The notes: a model not told the origin generated them from the letters alone. Positions 10,491 to 20,336 are shown, numbered from the stretch's first letter. The stretch is DNA of 64,000 nt from Sulfolobales archaeon (GCA_038841535.1 JAWBTQ010000005.1:27242-91241); one strand, 5' to 3'. Made by a program: numbers and translations.

Positions 10491-12386
10491 GTGTCTTTAA
10501 AAAAGACCTTTGGTATGAGTAGAGGTACTGTCTTGTATCTAGGCAACGAGGCTATTGCTAGAGGGGCTTTAGAGGCTGGGATTGGTGTAGCTGCTGCATA
10601 CCCTGGAACACCTTCTTCTGAAATAGTGGGGTCCTTAGCCGAGGTTGCTAGCGATGCCGGAATATACGTTGAGTGGTCTACAAATGAGAAAGTAGCTTTT
10701 GAGTTATGTTGGGCTGCGGCACTATCCGGAGTTAGGGCTATCACCGCTATGAAGCACGTGGGCTTGAATGTAGCAGCAGATGCTCTTATGAGTAGTGCTT
10801 ACACAGGTGTCGAGAACGGGTTTGTTGTGGTTAGTGCTGATGATCCGTCTATGTGGAGTAGCCAGAACGAGCAGGACAATAGGCTTTACGGGCTGATATC
10901 CTACGTACCCGTCTTTGAGCCCGAAAACCCCGGTGAAGCCAAGGAGCTTACTAAACACTTGTTTGACTTCAGCTCCAGAATAAAGCACCCAGTTATACTA
11001 AGGACTACGACTAGGTTGAGTCACACTAGAGGACCTGTGGAGCTAGGTCCCCTACCTAAACCAAAGACCATTGGCGAATTCAAGCCGGGACCAGCTCACG
11101 TGCTTGTTCCAAGTAACGCTAGGTTACGCAGAGTCGAGCTCTTGAGGAAGCTGGAGGCTATAGAGAGAGAGCTTAACTTCTTTCCCTTTAACAAGGTGTA
11201 TGGTGAGGGGAGGGTACTAATCATCTCAGCCGGCTTATCTCATGCTTACTCGTCGGAAGCTATATTGAGGTTAGGTCTAGCAGATCGAGTAAGAGTGCTG
11301 AAGCTAGTGAGTATATACCCCGTCCCTGAAGAGTTACTGCTCAAAGCCGTTGAAGGGGTTGATGAGGTAGTAGTCATCGAAGAACTGGAGCCCCTCGTCG
11401 AGCTTCAGGTTCGCTCGATACTACATAAAAAAGAAATTAAAGTGAAGGTAGTTGGTAGAGAGCTGAATGAAAGAGCTTACGAAATGACGCTTGAGAGGTC
11501 TGAAGCATTATTAAGAAGAGCCTTAGGTATATCTCCAGCACCAAAAAAGGTTAATACTGAAAAAACCCAGTTCAATATCCCTTCGAGACCTCCAGTGTTC
11601 TGTCCAGGATGTCCCTATAGACCTCTGTTCTTCGAGCTTAGGCGGGTAGTTAACCAAGAGAGAATAAAGGCAGTATTCGCTGGCGACATAGGTTGTTACT
11701 CACTCGCCTACTATCCGCCGTATAGGTTGCAGGACACATGCGTCGAGATGGGTGGTAGCATCGGACTAGCAAACGGGTTCTCCAAGGTCCTCGCAGACGC
11801 GGTCGTAGTGTCGGTTATTGGGGACTCCACCTTCTACCATGCGGGTATCCCAGCACTTATAGACGCTGTTTATAACGAGCACCCGCAGGTCATATTAGTT
11901 CTAGACAACATGGTGACAGCTATGACTGGGCATCAGCCAAGTCCAGCTACTAGGGTAGATGGGAGATATGTTCCAATAGAGAACTTAGTGCGCGGGGTAG
12001 GCATCGAATTCGTCTCAGTAGTCGACCCGTACGACGTGGTCAAAGTGAGAAGAGAGTTCTTAGAGGCGCTAGAGTACACTAGAGCTAGAAAGAAGCCTGC
12101 TGTCCTTATCTTCAGGAGGAAGTGCGCTCTAGTAGCTCTAGACGAAATGAGGGAGAGTGGTGAGGAGATAACTGCTTACTCCGTAGACCTAGCTAAATGC
12201 ATCAAGTGCGGTATCTGCTACAGCTTCTTCGCTTGTCCAGCGATAGTCAGAATGGATGATGGAAAAGCTTCGATAGACCTGGAGCTATGCGTAGGGTGTG
12301 GAGCATGTGTACCAGTTTGCCCAGTTAATGCTATTAAGCCAGCTAAGCAAGTAGACCAAGAGAAGTTGATGAAGTACTGGTTCTAG
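10491..12386 (+). CDS. iorA: Indolepyruvate:ferredoxin oxidoreductase alpha subunit
   Basis: LGNEAIARGALEAG, YPGTPSSE, MKHVGLNVAAD, CPGCP, GDIGC, GDSTF and C-terminal ferredoxin cysteines. Confidence 0.96.
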   Translation: MSLKKTFGMSRGTVLYLGNEAIARGALEAGIGVAAAYPGTPSSEIVGSLAEVASDAGIYVEWSTNEKVAFELCWAAALSGVRAITAMKHVGLNVAADALMSSAYTGVENGFVVVSADDPSMWSSQNEQDNRLYGLISYVPVFEPENPGEAKELTKHLFDFSSRIKHPVILRTTTRLSHTRGPVELGPLPKPKTIGEFKPGPAHVLVPSNARLRRVELLRKLEAIERELNFFPFNKVYGEGRVLIISAGLSHAYSSEAILRLGLADRVRVLKLVSIYPVPEELLLKAVEGVDEVVVIEELEPLVELQVRSILHKKEIKVKVVGRELNERAYEMTLERSEALLRRALGISPAPKKVNTEKTQFNIPSRPPVFCPGCPYRPLFFELRRVVNQERIKAVFAGDIGCYSLAYYPPYRLQDTCVEMGGSIGLANGFSKVLADAVVVSVIGDSTFYHAGIPALIDAVYNEHPQVILVLDNMVTAMTGHQPSPATRVDGRYVPIENLVRGVGIEFVSVVDPYDVVKVRREFLEALEYTRARKKPAVLIFRRKCALVALDEMRESGEEITAYSVDLAKCIKCGICYSFFACPAIVRMDDGKASIDLELCVGCGACVPVCPVNAIKPAKQVDQEKLMKYWF

Positions 12387-12394
12387 GTGGTTCT

Positions 12395-13042
12395 ATGGGG
12401 CTGGTTAGAGAACTAAACATAATTGTCACGGGTGTCGGAGGTCAAGGGCAACTGTTCCTCTCTAGGCTGATCGCAGAAACCTTCTTAAGACTAGGCACGC
12501 CTTCCTTAATAGCTGAAACCCACGGCTTGAGTCAAAGAGGTGGTAGCGTTATAGTCCATGTTAGAGTCGGTAGTGCGGTTAAGGCGCCACTTATACCGTG
12601 GGGGCATGCAGACGTTATGCTCGGAATGGAGCTTATAGAAGCCGCAAGATACGTAGATTACCTCCACGAGAGTGGAGTAGCAATAGTCAATGAAAAAGTG
12701 ATCATACCTGCCGGTCAGAGCGTGAAGCTGAAAGAAGAGGAAGTCTTTAGGTTCCTTAGAGAGAAACCAATAAAGCTGTTCGTAGTAAGGTCTTCTCAGC
12801 GAGCGGTTAACCTCGGAACACCACTCTCGGCTAATGTTCACATGTTTGGAGCATTAGTCGCTTTACTCGAAGCCGTAGGTATGTTGACACCAGGCGTGGA
12901 CACCATCGTTGAAGGTATATTACCGAAAAGAATGCTAGACCGGAACTTGATTTTATACAGAGAAGGAAAAGATGAGTTAAAGGCTCGGTTGAGCTCGGGA
13001 GATATCGAAGAGATTAAAAAGGCACTAACGGAGAAGCTCTAG
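12395..13042 (+). CDS. iorB: Indolepyruvate:ferredoxin oxidoreductase beta subunit
   Basis: GVGGQG and ETHGLSQRGGSV motifs; follows iorA. Confidence 0.95.
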   Translation: MGLVRELNIIVTGVGGQGQLFLSRLIAETFLRLGTPSLIAETHGLSQRGGSVIVHVRVGSAVKAPLIPWGHADVMLGMELIEAARYVDYLHESGVAIVNEKVIIPAGQSVKLKEEEVFRFLREKPIKLFVVRSSQRAVNLGTPLSANVHMFGALVALLEAVGMLTPGVDTIVEGILPKRMLDRNLILYREGKDELKARLSSGDIEEIKKALTEKL

Positions 13043-13284
13043 CTTATCTTTGAGTGCTCAACTACGATCATAGTAGTAGTAGACTTTACGTGCGGTATTT
13101 TCCTGATCTTGTTGATTATTATATCCCTTATTATATCATGACTCTGTGCTTCAACTATAGCTACTATATCGTACATACCATAAGTTTCATATACTTCCTT
13201 GATCCCCTCGATCGATTTGAGTGCGTTAAATACCTCGGTCTCACTCCCGATTTCGGTGTTAATAAGAACTATTGCGGCTGGCAA
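13039..13284 (-). CDS. Stand-alone Lrp/AsnC ligand-binding (RAM) domain protein
   Basis: AIVLINTEIGSE...YGMYDIVAIVE...IRKIPHVKSTTTMIV. Confidence 0.88.
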   Translation of the reverse strand: MPAAIVLINTEIGSETEVFNALKSIEGIKEVYETYGMYDIVAIVEAQSHDIIRDIIINKIRKIPHVKSTTTMIVVEHSKIS

Positions 13285-13424
13285 CTATCCCCCCAGATAT
13301 AGTAAGTTCATATAGAATATAAACCTTGTTCTTCTCTTTAACTAAGAGGAAGAACATACTTTCAGTTACTGCTAGAGAAGACTCCCATAAACGCTTAATA
13401 CCTTCAAACACTAGACCTATTCTG

Positions 13425-13534
13425 GCGGGGGTGCCCGAGCCAGGTCAAAGGGGGCGGGCTCAAGACTCTTCCAGCACTACGAGTTGGAGACCCGCTGGCG
13501 CAGGCCTGCGTGGGTTCGAATCCCACCCCCCGCA
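13425..13534 (+). tRNA. tRNA-Leu(CAA) with 25-nt intron at 37/38 (13465-13489)
   Basis: Acceptor GCGGGGG/CCCCCGC-A; anticodon arm GCGGG-CT-CAA-G[intron]A-CCCGC; long variable arm; T arm GTGGG-TTCGAAT-CCCAC; upstream CTTAATA box. Confidence 0.93.
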
Positions 13535-13810
13535 CTATGCCGAGTAAACCACGATCGCCTTAAGGGATTTCATTTTAATACTTGGTGCTATCTGATACCA
13601 ATACCAAACTCTTATAAAACTCTGTAGTGTTAGAAAGAGCATTGTGAGTCAGTAGCGCATAGCATACTTCTTTACTGCGAAGGTTCAGTAAGACTCTAGT
13701 TGGAAGCGTAATTTAACAGGACGAAGTAATGGGCTACACAAAGAGGTGTGGGGAAATTTTTTGAGTGCGTTCTCCTAGGACGCTCATAATCGGCTACTGC
13801 TAGAGGATAC

Positions 13811-14188
13811 TCAGCTACTTCTCTCTCCCTTAGTTGTTACTATCTTTAGACGCCTCACTCTCTCAAGCACCTCTAACCACCTCTCTAGTTGGTCGAGTAG
13901 CTCTTCTTCATCTCCTTCCACCCCTCCTCTATATAGAGCTTCGGTTATACTACTTATCCTACTCGTAGCTACTGCTTCAAGTTTATCTAGTACTGCTTGA
14001 GACTGCACCTCAATGGCTTCAGAGTCGGTTTTAACGACTCTAACGGCCCCATGAGTTGGGCAGACTATTTCTCCAGACCTTAACCTAAAGAGTGGAGCGC
14101 TACAGATAGGGCATGCTAGGTCTAACATTACAGCTCCAGACCTTAGTAGCTCCGTCATCTTTTGAATTACAGTATCATCTTTCTTCAC
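13811..14188 (-). CDS. UPF0148 / autoantigen p27-like zinc-ribbon protein
   Basis: MTELLRSGAVMLDLACPICSAPLFRLRSGEIVCPTHG. Confidence 0.85.
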   Translation of the reverse strand: MKKDDTVIQKMTELLRSGAVMLDLACPICSAPLFRLRSGEIVCPTHGAVRVVKTDSEAIEVQSQAVLDKLEAVATSRISSITEALYRGGVEGDEEELLDQLERWLEVLERVRRLKIVTTKGERSS

Positions 14189-14426
14189 AGTATCCCACTA
14201 GTTAATGTCTAGAGATTAAATTAATCTAATAAGCGTGGTATGTGGAGGTATTCGACGGGTAAGTAGGTCTTCTCGATGATGCATGGTGTTATCAGTCTCT
14301 AAGAGAGTAGGAATACGTCGGGTTCTACAGACAGAAAGGCTCTTTGATGCAGCCTCGAAGTAAAGACGTCGAGATAGCCTTAGTAAGATCGACTCTTCTT
14401 AAGTTGCGAGTCATTCCCAGTTCTTT

Positions 14427-15485
14427 CTATTTTTTAAACCATTTACTTAGTCCTACTTCAGGTCGCTTTAAGTCCTTAACGGCTTTGGCAAGTCTCTCTA
14501 ACGCGCTTACAACTCTCTCTTCCGAAAATTCGTATTCTTCGATGAGCAGTTCCTTAACTTTATCTGCGTTCGGGTCTAACCACTCTAGCACGTAGTCCCT
14601 AGTAACTTTAGGATTCTTAAACAGGTTCCTTATTTCTCCTGGTGGGACCGGGAACCTAGCACTCGGGATCGATTTTACTGCTTTCTCGAGGTTACCGTAG
14701 CTTTTGATGAGCTGGTATGCTGTCTTGGGTCCAACACCTTTGACTCCCTCGGGATTATAGTCAGTTCCGATTAGTATGGCTATGTCTATTAGCTGGTCTC
14801 TAGATATCCCCAAACTCCTTAGTAGTACTTCAAGCTCTATTACTTCAGGCTTTATCTCTACGTACGCTTCCTTCTTTGGGAGCTTCCTCTTACCGCTAAT
14901 AGTTAAGTTTCTAACTAGTCTAAGGGACCCAAATAGCAGGGAGTCGTAGTCCTGTGAAGCAGCAGCCCAAGCATCTCCCCAAACTACCATAAGTGCTGCT
15001 TGAGCTTCTCCTTCAGATGGTGCTTGAACCCAGGGTATCCCCATAGCGGTAAGAAGCTCTTTAGACGCCTCCACCATCTCGCTTGTTAGATAGGCAGACA
15101 TTTGTGCGTACCTCCTAGCTGCTTCTAGATCTCCAACAAAAATAGCCTCCTCGTACTTCCTCTTAGCCTCTTCCTTAACGCTAATTCTATCAGATAGTTC
15201 TCTGGCTTTAAGCTCAGGAGGTTTGCCATCAAAAACGTATACAGGCTTAATGCCAGATTCTATTAGGTTTATAGTTCTGTAAAAGAGCCCACTTAGGTGG
15301 CTAGTCACACGACCTCTACTGTCCATAAGTGGTGTACCATCGGGCTGTCTAATAGCGGTTAAAAACTGGTAGAGAGCGTTGTAGGCATCTATAGCGATTA
15401 CCTTACCCTTGAGTTCTCTAAGGTCGCCGATGACTCGAATACATTCGTCTGGAACTATATCGCGGATATTTACACCCAAGCTCAC
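14427..15485 (-). CDS. fen: Flap endonuclease 1
   Basis: IDAYNALYQFL, TSHLSGLFYRT, APSEGEAQAA, SQDYDSLLFG, GTDYNP and a C-terminal PIP-like LSKWF. Confidence 0.97.
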   Translation of the reverse strand: MSLGVNIRDIVPDECIRVIGDLRELKGKVIAIDAYNALYQFLTAIRQPDGTPLMDSRGRVTSHLSGLFYRTINLIESGIKPVYVFDGKPPELKARELSDRISVKEEAKRKYEEAIFVGDLEAARRYAQMSAYLTSEMVEASKELLTAMGIPWVQAPSEGEAQAALMVVWGDAWAAASQDYDSLLFGSLRLVRNLTISGKRKLPKKEAYVEIKPEVIELEVLLRSLGISRDQLIDIAILIGTDYNPEGVKGVGPKTAYQLIKSYGNLEKAVKSIPSARFPVPPGEIRNLFKNPKVTRDYVLEWLDPNADKVKELLIEEYEFSEERVVSALERLAKAVKDLKRPEVGLSKWFKK

Positions 15486-15646
15486 ACCATCAAGACTGCA
15501 GAACTTACGAAGATTTTAAATAACCTACTCTAGTCTCCTCAGCCTAATTCAATAGTGCCGATGTACGCGTGATCGCTACTTTGTTTTGATTACTTTTTCT
15601 TTTACTGCTTTTATCTATATAGCCTAAGCTATACTCGGTTGAAGGG

Positions 15647-15799
15647 ATGGGTGGTTGGATACTTAGGTGTAGGTCTTGTGGAGCGAGCAGAGTACTCAAG
15701 GTAAGTTACCACTTAGGGGACTTTAAGCAACTATATCATTGGTGTCCAAACTGTAAAAGAAACACTCTCCACGATATCATAGAGAGAATAGCGCCATAA
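15647..15799 (+). CDS. Small zinc-ribbon protein (50 aa, below the ORF-track cutoff)
   Basis: MGGWILRCRSCGASRVLKVSYHLGDFKQLYHWCPNCKRNTLHDIIERIAP*; two CxxC pairs; TTTATCTATA box upstream; divergent from fen. Confidence 0.75.
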   Translation: MGGWILRCRSCGASRVLKVSYHLGDFKQLYHWCPNCKRNTLHDIIERIAP

Positions 15800-16237
15800 G
15801 TTATAAAGCGTAAGAACTCCCATTTGTAGAAGCTACTATAGAGCTTTCATCCAAAATCCTCACCTCCAGGTGCGGAAGAGAGGGGCGAAGTTATAGACTT
15901 GCCTGTAGAACGCTTACTCGATGAAGAGTTCGAGCGCATTAGCGACTTAGAAGCACTTATTGAGCTGACGCACTTTAAGTGTAGTGCGTATCTCTGCCTA
16001 CGCTGAGTAGGGTAGTGATAGAGATCTCAAGGCTAAGCAAAGAGCCGAACCAGCTTTAGTTAGAAATACAACATTCAACCTCTCCTCAGGAAAGCTCTAT
16101 TTTTGAGGCAGATGCAGTTAGGGCCAAGCACCCCCACTGGAGACGCACAAACGGATCTCCGTTTCTTCTGAAGCACTCCGTAAAAGAGTTCTTGGGCAGA
16201 GCAATACTTTAAAACTCGAGAGGAACTTGAACTAGCT

Positions 16238-16296
16238 GTGGAGGGCGGCGGCCGAGGTCCAAAGCCCCGCATCCTTGGCCGCTAGACGACCCGGCT
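16238..16296 (-). tRNA. 5' half of tRNA-Gln(UUG) with GC-rich trailer; candidate split tRNA
   Basis: Minus strand AGCCGGG-TC-GTCTAGCGGCCAAGGAT-G-CGGGG-CT-TTG-G (16296-16259), then ACCTCGGCCGCCGCCCTCCAC; no T arm or 3' acceptor strand follows. Confidence 0.8.
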
Positions 16297-16316
16297 TCCA
16301 CTAGCTTTTAGTATTT

Positions 16317-16332
16317 GAGGTAAATAAGTTTT
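16317..16332 (-). promoter_or_regulatory. BRE/TATA promoter of the tRNA-Gln half
   Basis: Minus strand AAAACTTATTTACC about 25 nt upstream of the tRNA 5' end. Confidence 0.65.
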
Positions 16333-16507
16333 GCCAGCCACGCCGACCTAGAGTTTAACAAGAGAGTAGACTCTAGAGAGACTACACTACTACATGCTTA
16401 AGCTCTCTTACTACGTTATAAGGACTTACGTGCCAGCGGTAAGTTTAGTATCGAAGTTCGTGTAGCTATATGGAGTGCGATATATGTGCTGTCTAAGTTA
16501 TGTTCTC

Positions 16508-16903
16508 CTACTTAAAGAGCTTTTTGCAGCTTTTTAAGAGGGTTGAATTGTACGAGTTGGCTAGCTTCACATAGAGCTCTGTCTCGCTCTCGTTCATGAG
16601 GGTTTTAGTGAGGTCCCTACTTTTTTTCGTTACGTTCGCGAGGATGTTCTCTAGTGTGGCTTCTAAGAGGTCCCTACTGTCAAACACCTCCTCGAGTAGC
16701 TTTATGAAGGTTTTCGGATTGTCGAGCATGATTTCGTCGGGTAGATGCCCATACCTACTTACTGCTTTCAACTTGAGTAAACTATATAAGCCAGGGAACC
16801 TTCTCTCGAGACCTAGTAGAACTACCTTGCTGATGCACATGAACATTTCTTCGTAATCCCGAAGCTCTCCCAGCACCTTTCTATCTAATAACAAAGCAGT
16901 CAT
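16508..16903 (-). CDS. Hypothetical protein
   Basis: 131-aa helical ORF with ATG start; no recognisable motif. Confidence 0.6.
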   Translation of the reverse strand: MTALLLDRKVLGELRDYEEMFMCISKVVLLGLERRFPGLYSLLKLKAVSRYGHLPDEIMLDNPKTFIKLLEEVFDSRDLLEATLENILANVTKKSRDLTKTLMNESETELYVKLANSYNSTLLKSCKKLFK

Positions 16904-17158
16904 AAGCCCACGATATATTGTGTTAGGCTATCTATTATCAAGTTATTTCAACCCGTCAAGTGAGTTACGATGCTAGGAAGCTATTTGGAGAGGTCGCACT
17001 AGGAGTTACGGTAAATGAGCACAACACTATGGCATCAAGTCCGTAAATCTGCGGGACCAATCTGTAATCACGGTTTTTAAGCTTAGAATACCTCTCAGCC
17101 TACACCGTCTTCTTTCACTAAGCTTAATAGCATATGCACCTTTAGTTGTGGGAGGCGT

Positions 17159-18094
17159 ATGCGCGGACTTAAGGGTAGAGACTATATCTCGGTATCTGAC
17201 TTCAGTCCAACAGAAATATGGAAGGTCTTAGAGCTATCTAGGGACCTTAAGCTCAGGGCATACGGAGGTGAGAGAGTGATCCCAGTACTTCATGGTAAGA
17301 CTTTGATGCTAGTGTTCCAAAAGCCGAGTACTAGGACGAGGGTGAGCTTCGAGGTCTCCATGAAGCAGCTAGGTGGGTTTACAGTCACTGCTAACTGGTC
17401 TGAGTTGCAGTTGGGGAGGGGTGAAACGATAGCTGATACTGCGAGAACTCTTAGTAGGTACGTAGACGGCATAGCGGCGAGAGTGTATAGTCACAAAGAC
17501 CTCTTAGAGCTTGCTGAGTACGCTAGTGTTCCAGTAGTTAACGCATTAAGCGATCTAGAGCATCCAGTACAAGCACTAGCTGACTTCTTCACGATATGGG
17601 AGAAGAAGGGTAGAATTGCGGGAGTTAAAGTAGCGTTTCTAGGTGATGGAGCAGACAACGTAGCGCACTCTCTCATTCTCATGGCAGCATCCCTAGGTGC
17701 TAAGATCAGTATAGCAGCACCAAAGGGGTACGACCCGCACCCGAAGATCGTGGGGATAGCTGAAGAGAGGGCAAGACTTAGTGGAGCAGTAGTAGAAGTA
17801 GTTAGAGACGTAGAGCAGGCAGTTCACGGGGCTGACGTAATCTACACGGATGTTTGGGTTAGCATGGGGCAGGAGGCTGAAGCAGAAAAGAGAGTAAGGG
17901 AGCTCTCTAGGTATAGAGTGACTAAAGAAGTGATGGAAATGGCAAAGCCTGACGCTATCTTCATGCACTGCCTACCGGCAAAAAGAGGTTACGAAGTAAC
18001 CGATGAAGTAATAGATGGACCTAACTCTGTTGTTTGGGATCAGGCAGAAAACAGATTGCATACGCAGAAAGCTTTATTGGCGCTCATCCTTTAG
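17159..18094 (+). CDS. argF: Ornithine carbamoyltransferase
   Basis: KPSTRTRVSF, HPVQALAD, DVWVSMG, FMHCLPAKRG and QAENRLH motifs. Confidence 0.96.
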   Translation: MRGLKGRDYISVSDFSPTEIWKVLELSRDLKLRAYGGERVIPVLHGKTLMLVFQKPSTRTRVSFEVSMKQLGGFTVTANWSELQLGRGETIADTARTLSRYVDGIAARVYSHKDLLELAEYASVPVVNALSDLEHPVQALADFFTIWEKKGRIAGVKVAFLGDGADNVAHSLILMAASLGAKISIAAPKGYDPHPKIVGIAEERARLSGAVVEVVRDVEQAVHGADVIYTDVWVSMGQEAEAEKRVRELSRYRVTKEVMEMAKPDAIFMHCLPAKRGYEVTDEVIDGPNSVVWDQAENRLHTQKALLALIL

Positions 18095-18729
18095 CTTCTT
18101 TTTCTCTTCCTCCTCTTTGCTTTCCTCCTTTTCTTCCCTGCTTTGATTACTTGAGTATTTTCTTCTTTAATTAGTGTTTCTTTAAGCTCGTAGGCCATGA
18201 CTGTCCTCAACCCATGGTTGAGAAGTTCGACTCCTAAAGCTATCGTATTTTGGTTTACTACTTCACCTACTAAACAAGCAGTATAATACCCTGGGTCCAG
18301 CAACTTCTTCGAGCTAGTGAGTATGCTACGCTGAAGTACATCCATCTCTACCGATGCCGCATCTAAGCTCCTTGATAGCACTTCTAAAGACTTGACTACA
18401 TCCGGTATGGGAGCGAGAGGTACGCACTTAATTCTCTTACTGCTAATCAAGTAAGAAAACTGAATGCTGTTACCGTATATGTCGATGAGGGCTAGATCGC
18501 AATGAGACTTCAGCTTTGCTACACTAATGATGCTTCTTAAAGCTTCATGTACTTTGCCCTCGCCAATTAAGCTACTAAGTGCTTTATCCAGCTCACTTAA
18601 CTCTAAAGCTACTGAGGGATCGGCTCTATCTTCATACTTTAACTTATGTAGTAACACTCTCACTCCTCCGACATCTACCCACTCACTGATGTAGCACCGC
18701 ACTCTGATGTCGGTGGCGCTCAAGCTCAA
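18091..18729 (-). CDS. Hypothetical protein with basic C-terminal tail
   Basis: 212-aa ORF ending KKRRKAKRRKRKRS; GTGGT RBS. Confidence 0.65.
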   Translation of the reverse strand: MSLSATDIRVRCYISEWVDVGGVRVLLHKLKYEDRADPSVALELSELDKALSSLIGEGKVHEALRSIISVAKLKSHCDLALIDIYGNSIQFSYLISSKRIKCVPLAPIPDVVKSLEVLSRSLDAASVEMDVLQRSILTSSKKLLDPGYYTACLVGEVVNQNTIALGVELLNHGLRTVMAYELKETLIKEENTQVIKAGKKRRKAKRRKRKRS

Positions 18730-18944
18730 TGGCTACCACAGCTATTACTATTTACGTATTAAGGAAAATAAAACCTCGTTAAATGACACCTACAACCCAC
18801 CGGGCTCAAGAGACCTTTTACTAAGTGGGTGTTTACGGTCCTTCTTAGTTGCTCTAGATAATTGATAGAGGGCATGTTGGGATGCATGTTGTATTAAGGG
18901 TGGCAGTCTAAACACTAGCGTTCACTAAGGTCCTCTAAGCCGCT

Positions 18945-19439
18945 CTACCGCTTATAGCCTATTTTCCTCAAAAACTCATGTCTTTCTCTCTTGTCTGCCT
19001 CTTCCTCGACACCGAGTGGTGTTCCTCCATCCACTACTCCTAAGACGCTTCTACCTTGGTCTGTTTCAGCAACAATTACCTGTATGGGGTTGGCTGACGC
19101 AGCATATAGGGTTACTACTTCACTTACGCGCTTAAGAGAGTTAACTACGTTGATCGGCCACGCGTTTCTCATATAGATCGCAAAGAAGTGGCCCGCACCA
19201 ACACTTTTCGCAGCCTCAATAGCTAGAGAAACCATCTCCTCATCGTTACCATCATACCTGATCAAACGCTTACCGCTCGACTCACAGAACGCTATACCGA
19301 ACTTAATGTTAGGAACTGAAGTTACTAACGCTTCATAGATGTCCTCAACAGTCTTTATGAAGTGAGATTGGCCGAGTACGATGTTTACTCCCTCTACACG
19401 CGGTATATCTACAACCTCGACCTTCTTAAGCTCACCCAA
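18945..19439 (-). CDS. Adenosine-specific kinase family (DUF355) protein
   Basis: [36 protein letters not shown] and FLRKIGYKR motifs. Confidence 0.9.
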   Translation of the reverse strand: MGELKKVEVVDIPRVEGVNIVLGQSHFIKTVEDIYEALVTSVPNIKFGIAFCESSGKRLIRYDGNDEEMVSLAIEAAKSVGAGHFFAIYMRNAWPINVVNSLKRVSEVVTLYAASANPIQVIVAETDQGRSVLGVVDGGTPLGVEEEADKRERHEFLRKIGYKR

Positions 19440-19594
19440 GCGGTATCACCAATAAAGCGGATTCCTGAAGACATATAAAAACTATCCTATCAGCGCCTGC
19501 GAGACCTTCGGAGGTAGCAGCATATTTCGTTATTTAGGCTATTTACTTATAAACTCATATCTTAAACTTACGATAGAGAGCTGAGTGACTGGAG

Positions 19595-20131
19595 ATGTTT
19601 AGGCTAGTGAGAGTGGAGGATATAGTGAGGATTCCTCCCAGTAAGTTTAGTGAGGACTTAGTGAAAGTTGCGGGCGAGGTATTAACAGATAAGTATGTAG
19701 GTAGCCTACACCCAGACCTCGGACTTATTTTAGCTATAACTGACGTAGAAGTAGAGCCTGAAGGGACTATAATACCCGGTGACGGAGCTACGTACCATAA
19801 AGCTGTGCTAGAGTTACTTACGTTTTATCCAGTAGTCAACGAGGTCGTCTGCGGGATAGTCGTTGATGTAAAGCGCATCGGCATATTCGTAAACATAGGA
19901 CCTATGGACGCTCTAGTTCACGTGTCTCAGATTGCTGATGATAGAATGGTGTACTACGACGAACTAGGAGTCCTAGAGGGTGAGGAAACTAAGATAAGGA
20001 TTAGCAAGGGCGATATTGTGAGAGGTAGAATAACTGCGGTTTCAATAGCTAGACCCTCGTTACTAAGGATAGCGATGACTATGAGGCAACCAGGGCTAGG
20101 AAAAATAGCCACAGGTGCTAGCAGTGAGTAG
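19595..20131 (+). CDS. rpoE1: RNA polymerase subunit Rpo7 (E')
   Basis: EDIVRIPP, IIPGDGATYH, GPMDALVHVSQI and TMRQPGLGK motifs. Confidence 0.96.
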   Translation: MFRLVRVEDIVRIPPSKFSEDLVKVAGEVLTDKYVGSLHPDLGLILAITDVEVEPEGTIIPGDGATYHKAVLELLTFYPVVNEVVCGIVVDVKRIGIFVNIGPMDALVHVSQIADDRMVYYDELGVLEGEETKIRISKGDIVRGRITAVSIARPSLLRIAMTMRQPGLGKIATGASSE

Positions 20132-20336
20132 AGGGTATAAAAAGCCGTTTAAGGCTTGCTCTAGGTGCCGGCTCCTCGTTCCCCATGAGGCACCTACATG
20201 CCCGTCTTGCGGCTCTACTACCTTCACTGATGCCTGGTCGGGAGTAGTAATCATAGTTGACCCAGAGAAGTCCAAGTTAGCTAAAATGCTGGGAATAGAA
20301 AAACCGGGAAGATACGCGCTTAAGCTCGGATTATAG
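20124..20336 (+). CDS. spt4: Transcription elongation factor Spt4 (RpoE'')
   Basis: KACSRC...CPSCGS...WSGVVIIVDPEKSKLAK...PGRYA; GTG at 20124 with AGGTG RBS. Confidence 0.95.
   Translation: MSRGYKKPFKACSRCRLLVPHEAPTCPSCGSTTFTDAWSGVVIIVDPEKSKLAKMLGIEKPGRYALKLGL

Noticed and set aside
16215-16237. GTTCAAGT (minus strand) as the T loop completing tRNA-Gln
   Set aside because: The flanks GCTAG/TCCTC do not pair and no CCCGGCT acceptor strand follows.
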